Shown: piece by piece, positions 1 through 9,736 of the stretch | How the letters are laid out: each line of letters starts with the position of its first letter | Position numbering within the stretch: position 1 is the stretch's first letter | DNA from: a virus | Taxonomy: Duplodnaviria > Caudoviricetes | Virus record (IMG/VR): IMGVR_UViG_3300031867_000003 | Span: 64,001 to 128,000 of that record | Length of the DNA: 64,000 nt | Reading direction: 5' to 3' (one strand) | Made by a program: the position numbers and the translations under genes | Notes under the pieces: model-generated | Told to the model about the DNA's origin: nothing | Databases searched by the model: none | Seen by the model: the letters and a program-made list of their open reading frames with translations, nothing else

Positions 1-1
1 T

Positions 2-382
2 AGATTAGGGGATCAAGTAATAGATGAAATATATCGTGTGCTAGTTGACGGTAAAGATATTATGACCGTTGATAACACACCAATTCACATAACCATCGAA
101 GCAGAATGTTGCGATGTCACAGATGATAGCGGCAATATAATTAAAAAAAGATTTGTTTTGTCGAGATATGCTTTCTCCAATGAGCATGAGTATGTACAAA
201 TCCTTGCGGGAGATGATAAACCTGCACATCAATTATGTATTACCGGAACTGGATGGAGAAGTAGACCGCATAAAAAGAAACGTATAGCAAAAAAATGGGA
301 AAAAAGATACGGTATGTCCTACGGATTTTGCTCAGTAAACAGATTTGTGCGAGGAGATTTGGTGATAAGAACACTAGATTAA
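2..382 (+). CDS. Hypothetical protein (5' partial; frame open from window start)
   Basis: Frame of ORF 38..382 has no stop back to base 2; ends TAA. Confidence 0.6.
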   Translation, partial: RLGDQVIDEIYRVLVDGKDIMTVDNTPIHITIEAECCDVTDDSGNIIKKRFVLSRYAFSNEHEYVQILAGDDKPAHQLCITGTGWRSRPHKKKRIAKKWEKRYGMSYGFCSVNRFVRGDLVIRTLD

Positions 383-398
383 TAAAATAAGTATTTTG

Positions 399-579
399 TC
401 TGCGGTGACAGAATAGGTATTGTTCGGAAACACCGATCATATAGTAGTCAGCATAACGACCATAGCCGGTGAGATGACAGGTGAAAAAAGTCGATAAAAA
501 CACATTAACGGGTTATGCTTAGATAGTCTGAGGCTGCTTGTAAAGATGAACTGCAAGGTGCAAATCCTTGCCCGCAGAT
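399..579 (+). ncRNA. tRNA-shaped structured RNA with a ~110-nt variable arm
   Basis: Acceptor-like stem TCTGCGG(399-405)/CCGCAGA(572-578); D-arm ACAG-AATAGGTA-TTGT; T-arm GCAAGG-TGCAAAT-CCTTGC; nested helices AGTAGTC/GGCTGCT and AGCATAAC/GTTATGCT; intergenic. Confidence 0.55.
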
Positions 580-654
580 GTGAGCAATTTCATTAAAAGG
601 TTTCCCTTCCGCTCACCGACAAATGTAAGGAAAGACTTACCCGTATACTAATCA

Positions 655-1071
655 GTGTCTGAAGCGGAGTGTAAAATGGCACAGATTATAAATAAACTTG
701 TTTGTAAAGGAATTAATAATATGCTATTTACAGCACACAAAGATGCAGCCGTTGATTATGACGGCGCTGAAATTAAAGAGTTCAATAAATACTTCGATTC
801 TCCATTTGTCCCATTTCCCGGTGGAGGACTTAATAGATATTGTTATGTAATTTATCAAGGACTATTTGGCAAATATAAAATCAGACAGTGCGAAGTCGTC
901 TCGGTTTGGTTCACTAATATCTGGGGATGGCGCATGGATAACGGCTGGACGTTTAGTAGCGATGAACTTGATAAAACCGTGTTCAGATATGACAAAGAAA
1001 ATCTTAACAAAGCTATTGAGATTTGTGAAAAGAAAAACAGGATGAGGAAAGTTAAGGTTAAATACCTTTAA
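655..1071 (+). CDS. Hypothetical protein (start uncertain, possibly 721)
   Basis: ORF track; co-oriented with neighbours. Confidence 0.6.
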   Translation: MSEAECKMAQIINKLVCKGINNMLFTAHKDAAVDYDGAEIKEFNKYFDSPFVPFPGGGLNRYCYVIYQGLFGKYKIRQCEVVSVWFTNIWGWRMDNGWTFSSDELDKTVFRYDKENLNKAIEICEKKNRMRKVKVKYL

Positions 1072-1168
1072 ATGAGTGTTGAGGTAATGAAAAGGATCGG
1101 AAGATATGATTTACTTCCACCCTGTGAGCAACAATGAAATCTGAGTTTCATCGGAAAAGGAGTAAAAA

Positions 1169-1345
1169 ATGGATAGATTTGAAAGAATTGCAGATATTCA
1201 GACAATTGATAGAAAAACAGCAAAACAGCTTATTGAAACCCTTGAAAACACTGGACTTTTTGTATGCCTCGGCGGACTTTATGGCCAGGACGAATGCAGC
1301 TTCATGGTGATGAAAAAATGTACCCCCGATGAAAATAAAATTTGA
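1169..1345 (+). CDS. Small hypothetical protein (58 aa, MDRFERIADIQ...)
   Basis: AAGGAG RBS, ATG 1169, TGA 1343-1345; below the ORF-track size cut-off. Confidence 0.65.
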   Translation: MDRFERIADIQTIDRKTAKQLIETLENTGLFVCLGGLYGQDECSFMVMKKCTPDENKI

Positions 1346-1366
1346 TTGGAGAAAGGTTAATCGATT

Positions 1367-1609
1367 ATGACAAATCTTGTATTTAGAACTCGACTATCAA
1401 ATATTATTACTCAAGCATATCAAATAAGTCGTGATACGGTTGAAACAATTGAAGGAGCCCCGATTATCAAAGATGGGAAATGCGTAGGATATATTAACAA
1501 AGTAGATATTGGAAATGATGAGTGCTTCGGAATTTTATTTGTACACGAATTGATGCCTTGGTTTACTAAAAATGCTGATACGATTACATCACTTTCCTGG
1601 GAGGATTGA
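1367..1609 (+). CDS. Hypothetical protein
   Basis: ORF track; GGAG upstream; stop overlaps the next gene. Confidence 0.6.
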   Translation: MTNLVFRTRLSNIITQAYQISRDTVETIEGAPIIKDGKCVGYINKVDIGNDECFGILFVHELMPWFTKNADTITSLSWED

Positions 1610-2718
1610 ATATGAAAGTATATAAGCAGAAACAGTATCTTGTATTCGATCTCGATGATGGAAAAACAGTAAAATATGATTTTGCTAAAAAGGTTGCCAT
1701 CGGCAAAAGCGGAAAGGTCGTTAAAGATTTAAGGACGCAGTTATCCGGAAAAAGCTTGGACGAGGTTTTTAATAGTTGTGAGGATAAAAACTATGCAAAA
1801 TTCTTGCGGTGGGTACGTAATAATAGCAGTTGTTATATTACCAATATTGGAACTGTTTTGTCTCATGTCCCGGAATATTCTCGATTTGAGCAGTTTTTCT
1901 CTGCGGGAGTTGATGTATTATCAAATGCATTGTCATATGATATAAAACATATCCCTAAAGGGTTAATAAAAATATGTCGTGAATATGATATACCTCTCCG
2001 TGATACTCTCGTAAAGTCATATAAAGAAATACCAGATGCTTACAATATTGTATTTTCAATGAGTTTTGTCTCATTGGATAAACAAGACATTCGATACTTA
2101 TTTACTGATACATATTATCAATCGGGTGGTTATAAAAGTACATATAATAGAGCTATAAAAGACTATGGATATACTGCAAAAGGATTACTGAAATATTTAG
2201 ATTATTGCAAGACATATGAGGCTTTTAATAGTATAGTTAGCGCTTTAGGAACATTAATAGACTATGCATATATGATGAAAAAAATATCCCCCAAATTTGA
2301 TAAATATCCACGTCATTTGCTAACTACTCATCAAATCGCTGCAAGAAATTATAACAGATTAAAACATCAGTTTGATGAAATTGCTTTTAAGAAAAGAATT
2401 AATCCCGATATGGAGAAAACCTTTGGCGATTATAAATTCTATTATCCTCGTTCCACTCAAGACATTAAGGATGAAGCAGTAATGCAGAATAACTGTGTAG
2501 CCTCATATATACAGCGCGTCCTTGATGGGGAGTGCGATATTTTATTCCTCAGATATAAAGAATTACCGGATAAATCGTTGGTAACTATTGAGGTAAGAAA
2601 TAATCATATTGTCCAGGCTCGTCAGAAGTTTAATGATCCTGTCACAGAATTGCAGCAAGATGCTATCAATAAGTGGAACGAATGGTATGGCAAAAAGATG
2701 ATTGGTATGGCTTCATAA
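1606..2718 (+). CDS. PcfJ-domain protein
   Basis: C-terminal pattern 'DIKDEAVMQNNCVASY...ILFLR...SLVTIEV' typical of PcfJ-like phage proteins. Confidence 0.75.
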   Translation: MNMKVYKQKQYLVFDLDDGKTVKYDFAKKVAIGKSGKVVKDLRTQLSGKSLDEVFNSCEDKNYAKFLRWVRNNSSCYITNIGTVLSHVPEYSRFEQFFSAGVDVLSNALSYDIKHIPKGLIKICREYDIPLRDTLVKSYKEIPDAYNIVFSMSFVSLDKQDIRYLFTDTYYQSGGYKSTYNRAIKDYGYTAKGLLKYLDYCKTYEAFNSIVSALGTLIDYAYMMKKISPKFDKYPRHLLTTHQIAARNYNRLKHQFDEIAFKKRINPDMEKTFGDYKFYYPRSTQDIKDEAVMQNNCVASYIQRVLDGECDILFLRYKELPDKSLVTIEVRNNHIVQARQKFNDPVTELQQDAINKWNEWYGKKMIGMAS

Positions 2719-2729
2719 GGAGATATAAT

Positions 2730-3029
2730 ATGAAGGTAGTTGAAAATATTGGTTATATACTTGATGGTTTTGGTAATATTATTGGGAGCGGCATGTTTAA
2801 TATGAAAGTTCCGAGTCTTAACGATATCGCATCTGGGAAAAAAGATAAAGTAGTATGTAGGTTTAATAGCGATAAAACATTTAGAGCTACGATAGATGTA
2901 GATAGCATCGATATAAGAAATATGAAAAGATTTATTCTTAAGGGGACAAATAACTGGCGTAAAATGCATGGTTTGCCGATGCAGCACTACAAAAGATATC
3001 CACATGAGAAAAAGTCGAGGAAAAAATAA
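2730..3029 (+). CDS. Hypothetical protein
   Basis: AAGGAG RBS before ATG 2730, inside ORF 2673..3029. Confidence 0.6.
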   Translation: MKVVENIGYILDGFGNIIGSGMFNMKVPSLNDIASGKKDKVVCRFNSDKTFRATIDVDSIDIRNMKRFILKGTNNWRKMHGLPMQHYKRYPHEKKSRKK

Positions 3030-3199
3030 TGAAACATGAATTAGGATTTTGGTTCTGGTACTATATTGTAATGATAGCTAATGGTGTAACATCAATTCTT
3101 ATTGGCATAAAGTTGGCGAGACCCTCCAATATTGTTCTAGGAGCACTTTTAATTATTATTTATTCTTTTCTACTATGGGACTATAAAAACATGGATTAA
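3029..3199 (+). CDS. Small membrane protein (56 aa)
   Basis: TAATG coupling with the upstream stop; two hydrophobic segments. Confidence 0.55.
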   Translation: MKHELGFWFWYYIVMIANGVTSILIGIKLARPSNIVLGALLIIIYSFLLWDYKNMD

Positions 3200-3211
3200 T
3201 GGAGAAAACAT

Positions 3212-3832
3212 ATGGCTATTTTAAAAATCAGAAATGAATTTAATGATGATATAACATTAGATGTAATTGCCAAAGCCGAGCGAAGAGTGGCTAAAAAGAA
3301 AGAAGTTCTTGAGGATATACAGAATGAATATGAACTTCTTGAGAAGCAAGCTTTTGGCCTATATAAATCCATAATAGAATATTATATGTTGGATTGTGCT
3401 ACTATCGGCAAAGCCGCAAAATGGCTAGGTATGGTAGAGAAAAACAAAGATGCCAATGGTAACAAACTGGATAAACGCAAAAAACATGAAGAGAAGGATG
3501 CATTCATTTATATCCAGAATATTGTTAAAAGATTATTAGACCTAGAAGACTTCGAAATTACAAATATATTGGACTATAATTATAGTCAAGGTAAGAATAT
3601 AGAGTTTTCTTCGTATGGTCATAATTGGATATTGGAAGTTCCGTGGGTGTCTAATGTTACACTAAAATCGTATCAGTATACTGGTAAATATGTATTTATG
3701 TTGATGATATCACATAGAGATAGTGACTGGAGTTCGACTGTTGTGGGATCAACATTTGAAGAAAAAGAATTAAAAGATATCATGAAGAATGCCATTAAGA
3801 AATATTGCTCTGTGGATAATGGTGGTGATTGA
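3212..3832 (+). CDS. Hypothetical protein
   Basis: ORF track; GGAG RBS. Confidence 0.7.
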   Translation: MAILKIRNEFNDDITLDVIAKAERRVAKKKEVLEDIQNEYELLEKQAFGLYKSIIEYYMLDCATIGKAAKWLGMVEKNKDANGNKLDKRKKHEEKDAFIYIQNIVKRLLDLEDFEITNILDYNYSQGKNIEFSSYGHNWILEVPWVSNVTLKSYQYTGKYVFMLMISHRDSDWSSTVVGSTFEEKELKDIMKNAIKKYCSVDNGGD

Positions 3833-3833
3833 T

Positions 3834-4313
3834 ATGATGAGCTGGGATGAATTCCGGGATGAAATGATGAAGTATGACGGTCACAACATTCGAGAAGAGA
3901 ATAAAAAGCTGATAGAACGATATCCGTTCTTGAAGCCACATAATTCTCATTATGATTACGGATGGACAAAACTGGATGAACTGCCGGAAGGATGGTATGC
4001 TGCTTTTGGGCTTCAAATGTGTGAGGATCTGCGCAATATTCTTATTGAGGGGGACTATCTTGATAAGTATGAAATCCTTGAAATTAAGGAGAAATGGGGT
4101 CGGCTAACCTGGTATGATTGTGGAGTACCGGATAGTATTAGTGTTAAGTATGATTATTGGATTGCTAGGTACGAAGATTTATCAGAGATGACTTGTATCC
4201 ATTGCGGTAAACAGGGCAAGATGGTAATCAAGGGTTATTGGCTCTATCCAATATGTAAGAAATGTTTTGAAGAAAAGAATAAGAATAAAGATTACGAGGA
4301 GTGGACGTCATGA
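3834..4313 (+). CDS. Conserved phage hypothetical protein (KEKWGxL motif, C-terminal CxxC...CxxC)
   Basis: 'EIKEKWGRLTWY' and 'TCIHCGK...PICKKC'. Confidence 0.7.
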   Translation: MMSWDEFRDEMMKYDGHNIREENKKLIERYPFLKPHNSHYDYGWTKLDELPEGWYAAFGLQMCEDLRNILIEGDYLDKYEILEIKEKWGRLTWYDCGVPDSISVKYDYWIARYEDLSEMTCIHCGKQGKMVIKGYWLYPICKKCFEEKNKNKDYEEWTS

Positions 4314-4522
4314 GAAATCCCGATAGATTAGATGGATTTTATGAGGAGTTAAAGAGTATTCATAAGAAATACCTAAGTGACTGGCGATTTGGACAGCTAT
4401 GCTATAACTTCTTTGAGTGGCTAAATAATATTAAGGGGATAGATCCGTTCTTCCCAGAAGAAGATAAGATGTTGGAATACTTAAAAGAGTATATGTCTCC
4501 CCTAATAGGAAAATATAATTAA
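4310..4522 (+). CDS. Hypothetical protein (MRNPDRL...DWRFGQL type)
   Basis: GAGGAG RBS; ATGA overlap with the upstream stop. Confidence 0.7.
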   Translation: MRNPDRLDGFYEELKSIHKKYLSDWRFGQLCYNFFEWLNNIKGIDPFFPEEDKMLEYLKEYMSPLIGKYN

Positions 4523-4590
4523 TTATTAAATAGGTATTGCAAGAATCAACAAAGTGTGCTATAGTATATCTATACTAATTAATTATTAAA
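4516..4590 (+). promoter_or_regulatory. SigA-type promoter flanked by 15-bp direct repeats
   Basis: TTGCAA(4537-42)-17 bp-TATAGT(4560-65) with extended -10 TG; TAATTAATTATTAAA at 4516-4530 and 4576-4590. Confidence 0.65.
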
Positions 4591-4701
4591 GAAAGAGGTA
4601 CAAAGTATGCCGAGGATGTATATTTGCCGGGATGTAATCGTGATAATGTGGCTTGGATACGAATGGATTATCCCGAGATTTTTCCAAAACAGGAGGAAGA
4701 G

Positions 4702-4995
4702 ATGGTAACTAAAGTATTACTGATACTATTGATAATTTATAACGTGGGTTTTCTGGCAGCCTATGTGGGGATAAAACCGCCGATTAGCTTCTGGCGTGAT
4801 TTCTTTAGCGTTAGGAACATACTAGGCTGGATTTACGGACTTATTCTTGCCATATTGTCAACTCCTGCGGTAATTGTCTACTATGTGTTTTTTTGGATAC
4901 TAGTATTAATCACATGGTTAGATATCTTCGGAACTAAGAAACCACTCAGAATGGCGAAATTCTCGCTAGGCATTAATAAGGAAGATGAGAAATGA
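4702..4995 (+). CDS. Membrane protein
   Basis: AGGAGG RBS, ATG 4702; hydrophobic helices. Confidence 0.65.
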   Translation: MVTKVLLILLIIYNVGFLAAYVGIKPPISFWRDFFSVRNILGWIYGLILAILSTPAVIVYYVFFWILVLITWLDIFGTKKPLRMAKFSLGINKEDEK

Positions 4996-5405
4996 AATAT
5001 AAACCATATACACCGTTTTGTTATAAATTTCCGCTACGCTATAGGTTACTTCACCCGATTGAACGGCTTCATGACATTGGATTAAATATTAAATACGCAT
5101 ATCAGCGGATTAAGTATGGATGGTGTGAGAAAGATACATTTGATATTGATACATGGTTTCTGAATGTTGTTCCTCAGATGTTGAAGTATTTCCGAGATCA
5201 TCTTCACGGTCATCCGGTGTTTATGCTGGACAATGGGGAACTCGACCCAGACAGCGAACATCGTTGGAATATGATACTGGACGAAATGATTTCTTGCTTC
5301 GACGCTATTAACAATGACATTTTAAACATTTACAATTCTAATGATAAATACAAAGACCGGGCATTTGAGTTACTTTCCAAACATTTCTGGAATTTGTGGG
5401 ATTGA
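4992..5405 (+). CDS. Conserved phage hypothetical protein
   Basis: ORF track; ends 'FWNLWD'; ATGA coupling. Confidence 0.7.
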   Translation: MKYKPYTPFCYKFPLRYRLLHPIERLHDIGLNIKYAYQRIKYGWCEKDTFDIDTWFLNVVPQMLKYFRDHLHGHPVFMLDNGELDPDSEHRWNMILDEMISCFDAINNDILNIYNSNDKYKDRAFELLSKHFWNLWD

Positions 5406-5414
5406 GGTAATTAT

Positions 5415-5627
5415 ATGATTAACGTAAAAGATTTTGAAGGGTGGACACCCGAAATTGAACTGGCTTCTGATAGCAATAAAAATGGACGAGTTACACTGAG
5501 TGCGTTGGTAGACCTAGATAATTCCAGCGTGGAATATGGCGTAGTTCATTATGTTAAGAACAAAAAGAAGTCGGTTCATTTTAATTATTTAGACACTGCT
5601 GTTAACTATTATAACAACAAACTTTGA
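5415..5627 (+). CDS. Hypothetical protein
   Basis: ORF track; GAGG RBS. Confidence 0.6.
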   Translation: MINVKDFEGWTPEIELASDSNKNGRVTLSALVDLDNSSVEYGVVHYVKNKKKSVHFNYLDTAVNYYNNKL

Positions 5628-5638
5628 GGGGAAGAATT

Positions 5639-7558
5639 ATGACTACATATGCTGAAATGGTAGATTTGATTAACCGAGCTAAAGAAGCATATTATGGCTC
5701 TGGAGAGACAATAATGTCGGACCAGGAATATGATAGGCTTGTTGCTAGGGCTGAGAAGCTTGGTTATGTGGAAACTGTCGGTTCTGCTCCAATTGATGCT
5801 ATTGAAAAAATCAAACATGAACATCCGATGTTATCATTGGATAAAATTCATACAATTAACGAGGTTAAGTCATTTCTCAAGTACGATAGTGTGGCAATGT
5901 GGAAAGCTGACGGATTGAGTGTGTCAGCTACCTATATAGACGGTAAACTTACCAGGCTAGAAACTCGCGGCAACGGTTCGGTCGGCAATGACATTATGCA
6001 TCATGCGATGTCAATTGAGAATCTGCCGATGACGATTAACAAGTCCGGAAAGTATGTAATTGACGGTGAGTGCGTAATTCTCTATCCGGATTTTGAGAAA
6101 ATTAATTCCAAGATTTTTGATACCGAAAAATATAAGAACCCAAGGAATCTCGCAGCCGGTTCGCTAAACCTACTGGATGGAGCAATTTCTGCTAAACGTC
6201 ATCTTAAGTTCTTCGCCTGGGATGTTATTGAAGGTGGCGAGGGTGAACTGTTTGTGGATTTAGCTAAGGCTTATTCGTTGGGATTCGATATTGTTGATGC
6301 TACTTACCTTTATGCTGATAGTGATGTGGATCAAATTCAGAACGCTATTGATATGCTGAAGAAGTCCGCCGAAGACATGGGATTCCCGATTGATGGTATT
6401 GTAATTAAATATGACGACTTAAAGCTTAGAGATTCTCTTGGGTCAACGGCCCATCATCCGCGCAATGCGCAAGCGTTTAAATTTGTTGATGATTCATATC
6501 CTACAAAACTTATTTCGGTTGATTGGCAAATCGGCAAAACAGCGCAGCTTACTCCGGTAGCTATTTTTGAACCCGTAGAGATTGATAATACGGAAGTGAG
6601 CAAAGCAACTCTTCATAATATTACAATTATGAAACAGCTTGGTATTACTAATGGATGCACTTGTTATATAAAGAAATACAATATGATAATCCCAGGCGTA
6701 GATTCAGTAGATGATGATGGCAACGGCGAAATTGAAATCCCGGAATTTTGTCCAATTTGTTCTGCTCCGACTCGCATAGTCAAGGAGAATAAATCCGAAG
6801 TTCTTTACTGTACCAATGACGAATGTCCTGGAAAAACTCTCGGCAAATGGGTGGCATTCGTGTCAAAGAAGGGTATGGATATTGACGGACTTTCGGAACA
6901 GACTCTGGATAAGCTAATCAACTTTGGCTATTTAACCAACATGTTTGAGAGTGTTTATTCTCTTCATTTGTATAAGAACGAACTCTACAAGATTGACGGT
7001 TTTGGCAAGAAGTCAATTGACAATTTGTTAGCTGCGATTGAATCCAGCAAAGAATGTGACTTAATCCATTTTATTACCGCATTTTCTATCCCTGGAATCG
7101 GAGAGGGACAGAGTAAACTACTGGCGAAGTTCTTCAAGACATTCGATGCGTTCAGTAAAGCTTGTGATAACCAGTATGATTTTTCAAATATTCCGGGAAT
7201 TGGTCCGGTGCTTAGTCGCAACATTAATAAATGGTGGATGCTTAACCATATGCAGATGCTTGATATTGCTAACATCGTATCGTTTATTGGCGATGATTTC
7301 ATGAATAAGCCGGACGGTCACTATCCACTGGTCGATAAAACATTTGTTGTCACTGGATCTGTTCATCATTATAAGAACCGCAACGAATTGCAGAAGATTA
7401 TTGAAGATCTCGGCGGTAAAGTGGTCGGCTCTGTTAGCAAATCTACCAGTTATCTGATTAACAACGATGCTACCAGTGATAGTAGTAAGAATAAAAAAGC
7501 TAAATCACTAGGTATCCCGATTATTACTGAAGAACAATTTTTGGAACTTATTAAATAA
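5639..7558 (+). CDS. ligA: NAD-dependent DNA ligase
   Basis: KADG adenylation motif, NPRNLAAGSL, OB fold, Cys zinc finger (CPIC...C...C), HhH and C-terminal BRCT domain. Confidence 0.97.
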   Translation: MTTYAEMVDLINRAKEAYYGSGETIMSDQEYDRLVARAEKLGYVETVGSAPIDAIEKIKHEHPMLSLDKIHTINEVKSFLKYDSVAMWKADGLSVSATYIDGKLTRLETRGNGSVGNDIMHHAMSIENLPMTINKSGKYVIDGECVILYPDFEKINSKIFDTEKYKNPRNLAAGSLNLLDGAISAKRHLKFFAWDVIEGGEGELFVDLAKAYSLGFDIVDATYLYADSDVDQIQNAIDMLKKSAEDMGFPIDGIVIKYDDLKLRDSLGSTAHHPRNAQAFKFVDDSYPTKLISVDWQIGKTAQLTPVAIFEPVEIDNTEVSKATLHNITIMKQLGITNGCTCYIKKYNMIIPGVDSVDDDGNGEIEIPEFCPICSAPTRIVKENKSEVLYCTNDECPGKTLGKWVAFVSKKGMDIDGLSEQTLDKLINFGYLTNMFESVYSLHLYKNELYKIDGFGKKSIDNLLAAIESSKECDLIHFITAFSIPGIGEGQSKLLAKFFKTFDAFSKACDNQYDFSNIPGIGPVLSRNINKWWMLNHMQMLDIANIVSFIGDDFMNKPDGHYPLVDKTFVVTGSVHHYKNRNELQKIIEDLGGKVVGSVSKSTSYLINNDATSDSSKNKKAKSLGIPIITEEQFLELIK

Positions 7559-7564
7559 GGACTA

Positions 7565-7870
7565 ACTGTTAAGTTATTAAAAACATAGAAATATGTAGTC
7601 AAACATAATTAAAAGTGGACACGATTAGCCTTTTAATTATGGATTTAACAGTAGGTTTCGAGCCTAAGTGAGTGCTGGATAATGAAAGTTACTCTGCATG
7701 ATGAACTACGATAGAGAGATAAGGCAAAAACACACCTTCGGATGCACTTTCAGTCCGTTGCTCTGTGAGTGCCAACCAAGAAACATCGCTAATGTCCTGC
7801 GGTGAAAACAGGGAAACACATGTTCTTCTTTCCGTCATTGGCACGAAGGAAAATTCTCCGAAAGGAAGGT
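7565..7870 (+). ncRNA. omegaRNA/HEARO-like scaffold of IscB
   Basis: ~300-nt structured non-coding region directly upstream of iscB (stems ACTGTTAAGTT/GATTTAACAGT and CATAATTAAAAG/CTTTTAATTATG; CTACG...CACCTTCGGATG...CAGTCCG...CTCTG; CATTG...GAAGG). Confidence 0.75.
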
Positions 7871-9151
7871 GTCAGAAATGACAAATTATTGTTTTGTGTT
7901 GGATGCCGATGGAAAACCATTAAGTCCAACAAAAGAAGTAAAAGGTTGGTATATGATACGAAAAGGGAAGGCCAGCCTTGTATCAAAGTACCCAATGGTA
8001 ATACAACTGAATCGTAAGATACCTGATAATGAAATCTGTAAAGATGAAATTCGCTGCGGAATTGATGATGGTGGTCTTCATGTAGGGATTGCCCTAGTTC
8101 AAAAATGCCGGACTAAAAATAAGGTATTATTTAAAGGTACTGTAGAACAGCGCAACGATGTAAAACATCTTATGGACGTACGTAGAGGTTACCGTAGGTA
8201 TCATAGGTATCACAAAAGGCACCGCAAAGCAAGATATAATAATCGTAAATCTTCAAAACGAAAAGACAGAATTGCACCGAGTATACTGCAAAAACGCCAG
8301 GCGATTATACGAGTAATGCATTACTTAAATAAGTGGATTAATATAACTTCGTATTGGCTTGAAGATGTCGCTATAGACATACGTGCATTAACTGACGGAT
8401 ATAAACCTTATAGGTGGAAGTATCAGGAATCTAATCGTTTAGATGAAAATATACGAAAAGCAGTGATCTTGAGAGATGGCTGTAAATGTATGGAATGCGG
8501 TAGAACTGATACAAGATTAGAAGTACATCATATAAAGCCTAAAAGGCTTAATGGTTCTAATACAATGGACAATCTGATTACACTTTGTGAAGGATGCCAT
8601 CGGATAACTGAGGGGAAAGAAGAACAGTATATGCAACACTATTTTAACAGACTTAGTTCTTCAGATAATAAGTATCTCAATTACGCAAGCCATGTAATGA
8701 TAGGTAAAATGTGGTTGCAAGGACAGCTATCTGAACTTGGGGATCTTCATCTTACAACGGGCGGCGATACTGCGAATAAACGCATAGATTGGAATATAGA
8801 GAAGTCCCATTCTAATGATGCCATCTGCATTGTTGATTTAGAACCTGATACTACTGATATTAAAGAGTGGATTATTAAACCTATACGCAGACAAAGTAAA
8901 GCTAAGACTGACAATGTATTAGGAATTAAGCATAAAGATTTTGTAGAGTACACTTTCAAAAATGGTGAAACCCATAGAGGGTACGTAACAGCGTTATATC
9001 CAAAACAAAATGCTTTAAATTTCCAGAGTCCTACAAAACATTGCAAGAAAGTAAATGCAAGAAAATGTAGATTGCTATGGAAATTTTCGAAAATTTATTG
9101 GTTAGATAGTGTGTCTTAAACACATTTTTGTATATTTAAACACTATTAACA
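7567..9151 (+). mobile_element. Non-autonomous IscB element (omegaRNA + iscB) with imperfect inverted ends
   Basis: TGTTAA...TTAACA ends with 20/30 identity as inverted repeats; no transposase inside. Confidence 0.6.
7878..9119 (+). CDS. iscB: RNA-guided endonuclease IscB
   Basis: PLSP (PLMP-like) N-terminus, RuvC-I GIDDG, Arg-rich bridge RRGYRRYHR, RuvC-II LEDV, HNH (LEVHH...[10 protein letters not shown]), RuvC-III SHSNDA. Confidence 0.93.
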   Translation: MTNYCFVLDADGKPLSPTKEVKGWYMIRKGKASLVSKYPMVIQLNRKIPDNEICKDEIRCGIDDGGLHVGIALVQKCRTKNKVLFKGTVEQRNDVKHLMDVRRGYRRYHRYHKRHRKARYNNRKSSKRKDRIAPSILQKRQAIIRVMHYLNKWINITSYWLEDVAIDIRALTDGYKPYRWKYQESNRLDENIRKAVILRDGCKCMECGRTDTRLEVHHIKPKRLNGSNTMDNLITLCEGCHRITEGKEEQYMQHYFNRLSSSDNKYLNYASHVMIGKMWLQGQLSELGDLHLTTGGDTANKRIDWNIEKSHSNDAICIVDLEPDTTDIKEWIIKPIRRQSKAKTDNVLGIKHKDFVEYTFKNGETHRGYVTALYPKQNALNFQSPTKHCKKVNARKCRLLWKFSKIYWLDSVS

Positions 9152-9173
9152 ATATTTTTATAAGGAGGAATTT

Positions 9174-9485
9174 ATGAAACCGGTTGATGTAATTAACACA
9201 ATCACTAATCTTGAGGCAGATGAGATAAAGGAACTTGCCGATATCCGTTCCGCCGAAGATATTAACGATAAAACTTTTGATAAACTGTATGCTCGCACAA
9301 GGTGGCATATTCAACACTCATTCGAAACAGGTTGGAATACTTGTTGTGATTTTCTATTGTCATGGTTCGATGATATGAAAACCACTCTCGAAGAAGAGGA
9401 TAACCCTGGAATTCTAACCCTAGATCAACTGATTCAAACAATTCGCAAGTTTAAACTTGGTGATAATGAGGTGGATGAGGGATGA
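9174..9485 (+). CDS. Hypothetical protein
   Basis: AAGGAGG RBS; ORF track. Confidence 0.7.
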   Translation: MKPVDVINTITNLEADEIKELADIRSAEDINDKTFDKLYARTRWHIQHSFETGWNTCCDFLLSWFDDMKTTLEEEDNPGILTLDQLIQTIRKFKLGDNEVDEG

Positions 9486-9736
9486 GTTGGTGGACAGAAA
9501 TAGGAGATGTAGTCCAGTTTAATGAAAAACATGACTGGCGCGGAGTAATAGGAATAATCACTGAAATCAAACAAATTGACGGCGGTGATATCAAATATAG
9601 AATTGGTGTGCCGATGTTGAACGGGGGAGTTGCCTATATTTACTCCCTTGGCTCAGCTGCCGAATTTGAGTACATTGGTAAAGCAGCATTATGGGTAGAC
9701 GGCAAAATTATAGGGGGAGAATACAATGAATGTTAA
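9482..9736 (+). CDS. Hypothetical protein (SH3/KOW-like)
   Basis: 'IGDVVQFNEKHDWRGVIGII'; ATGA overlap. Confidence 0.6.
   Translation: MSWWTEIGDVVQFNEKHDWRGVIGIITEIKQIDGGDIKYRIGVPMLNGGVAYIYSLGSAAEFEYIGKAALWVDGKIIGGEYNEC

Noticed and set aside
399-579. Amber suppressor tRNA or intron-containing tRNA
   Set aside because: No 7-nt loop with CUA and no group I P/Q/R/S motifs in the insert. No suppressor tRNA was seen anywhere in the window.
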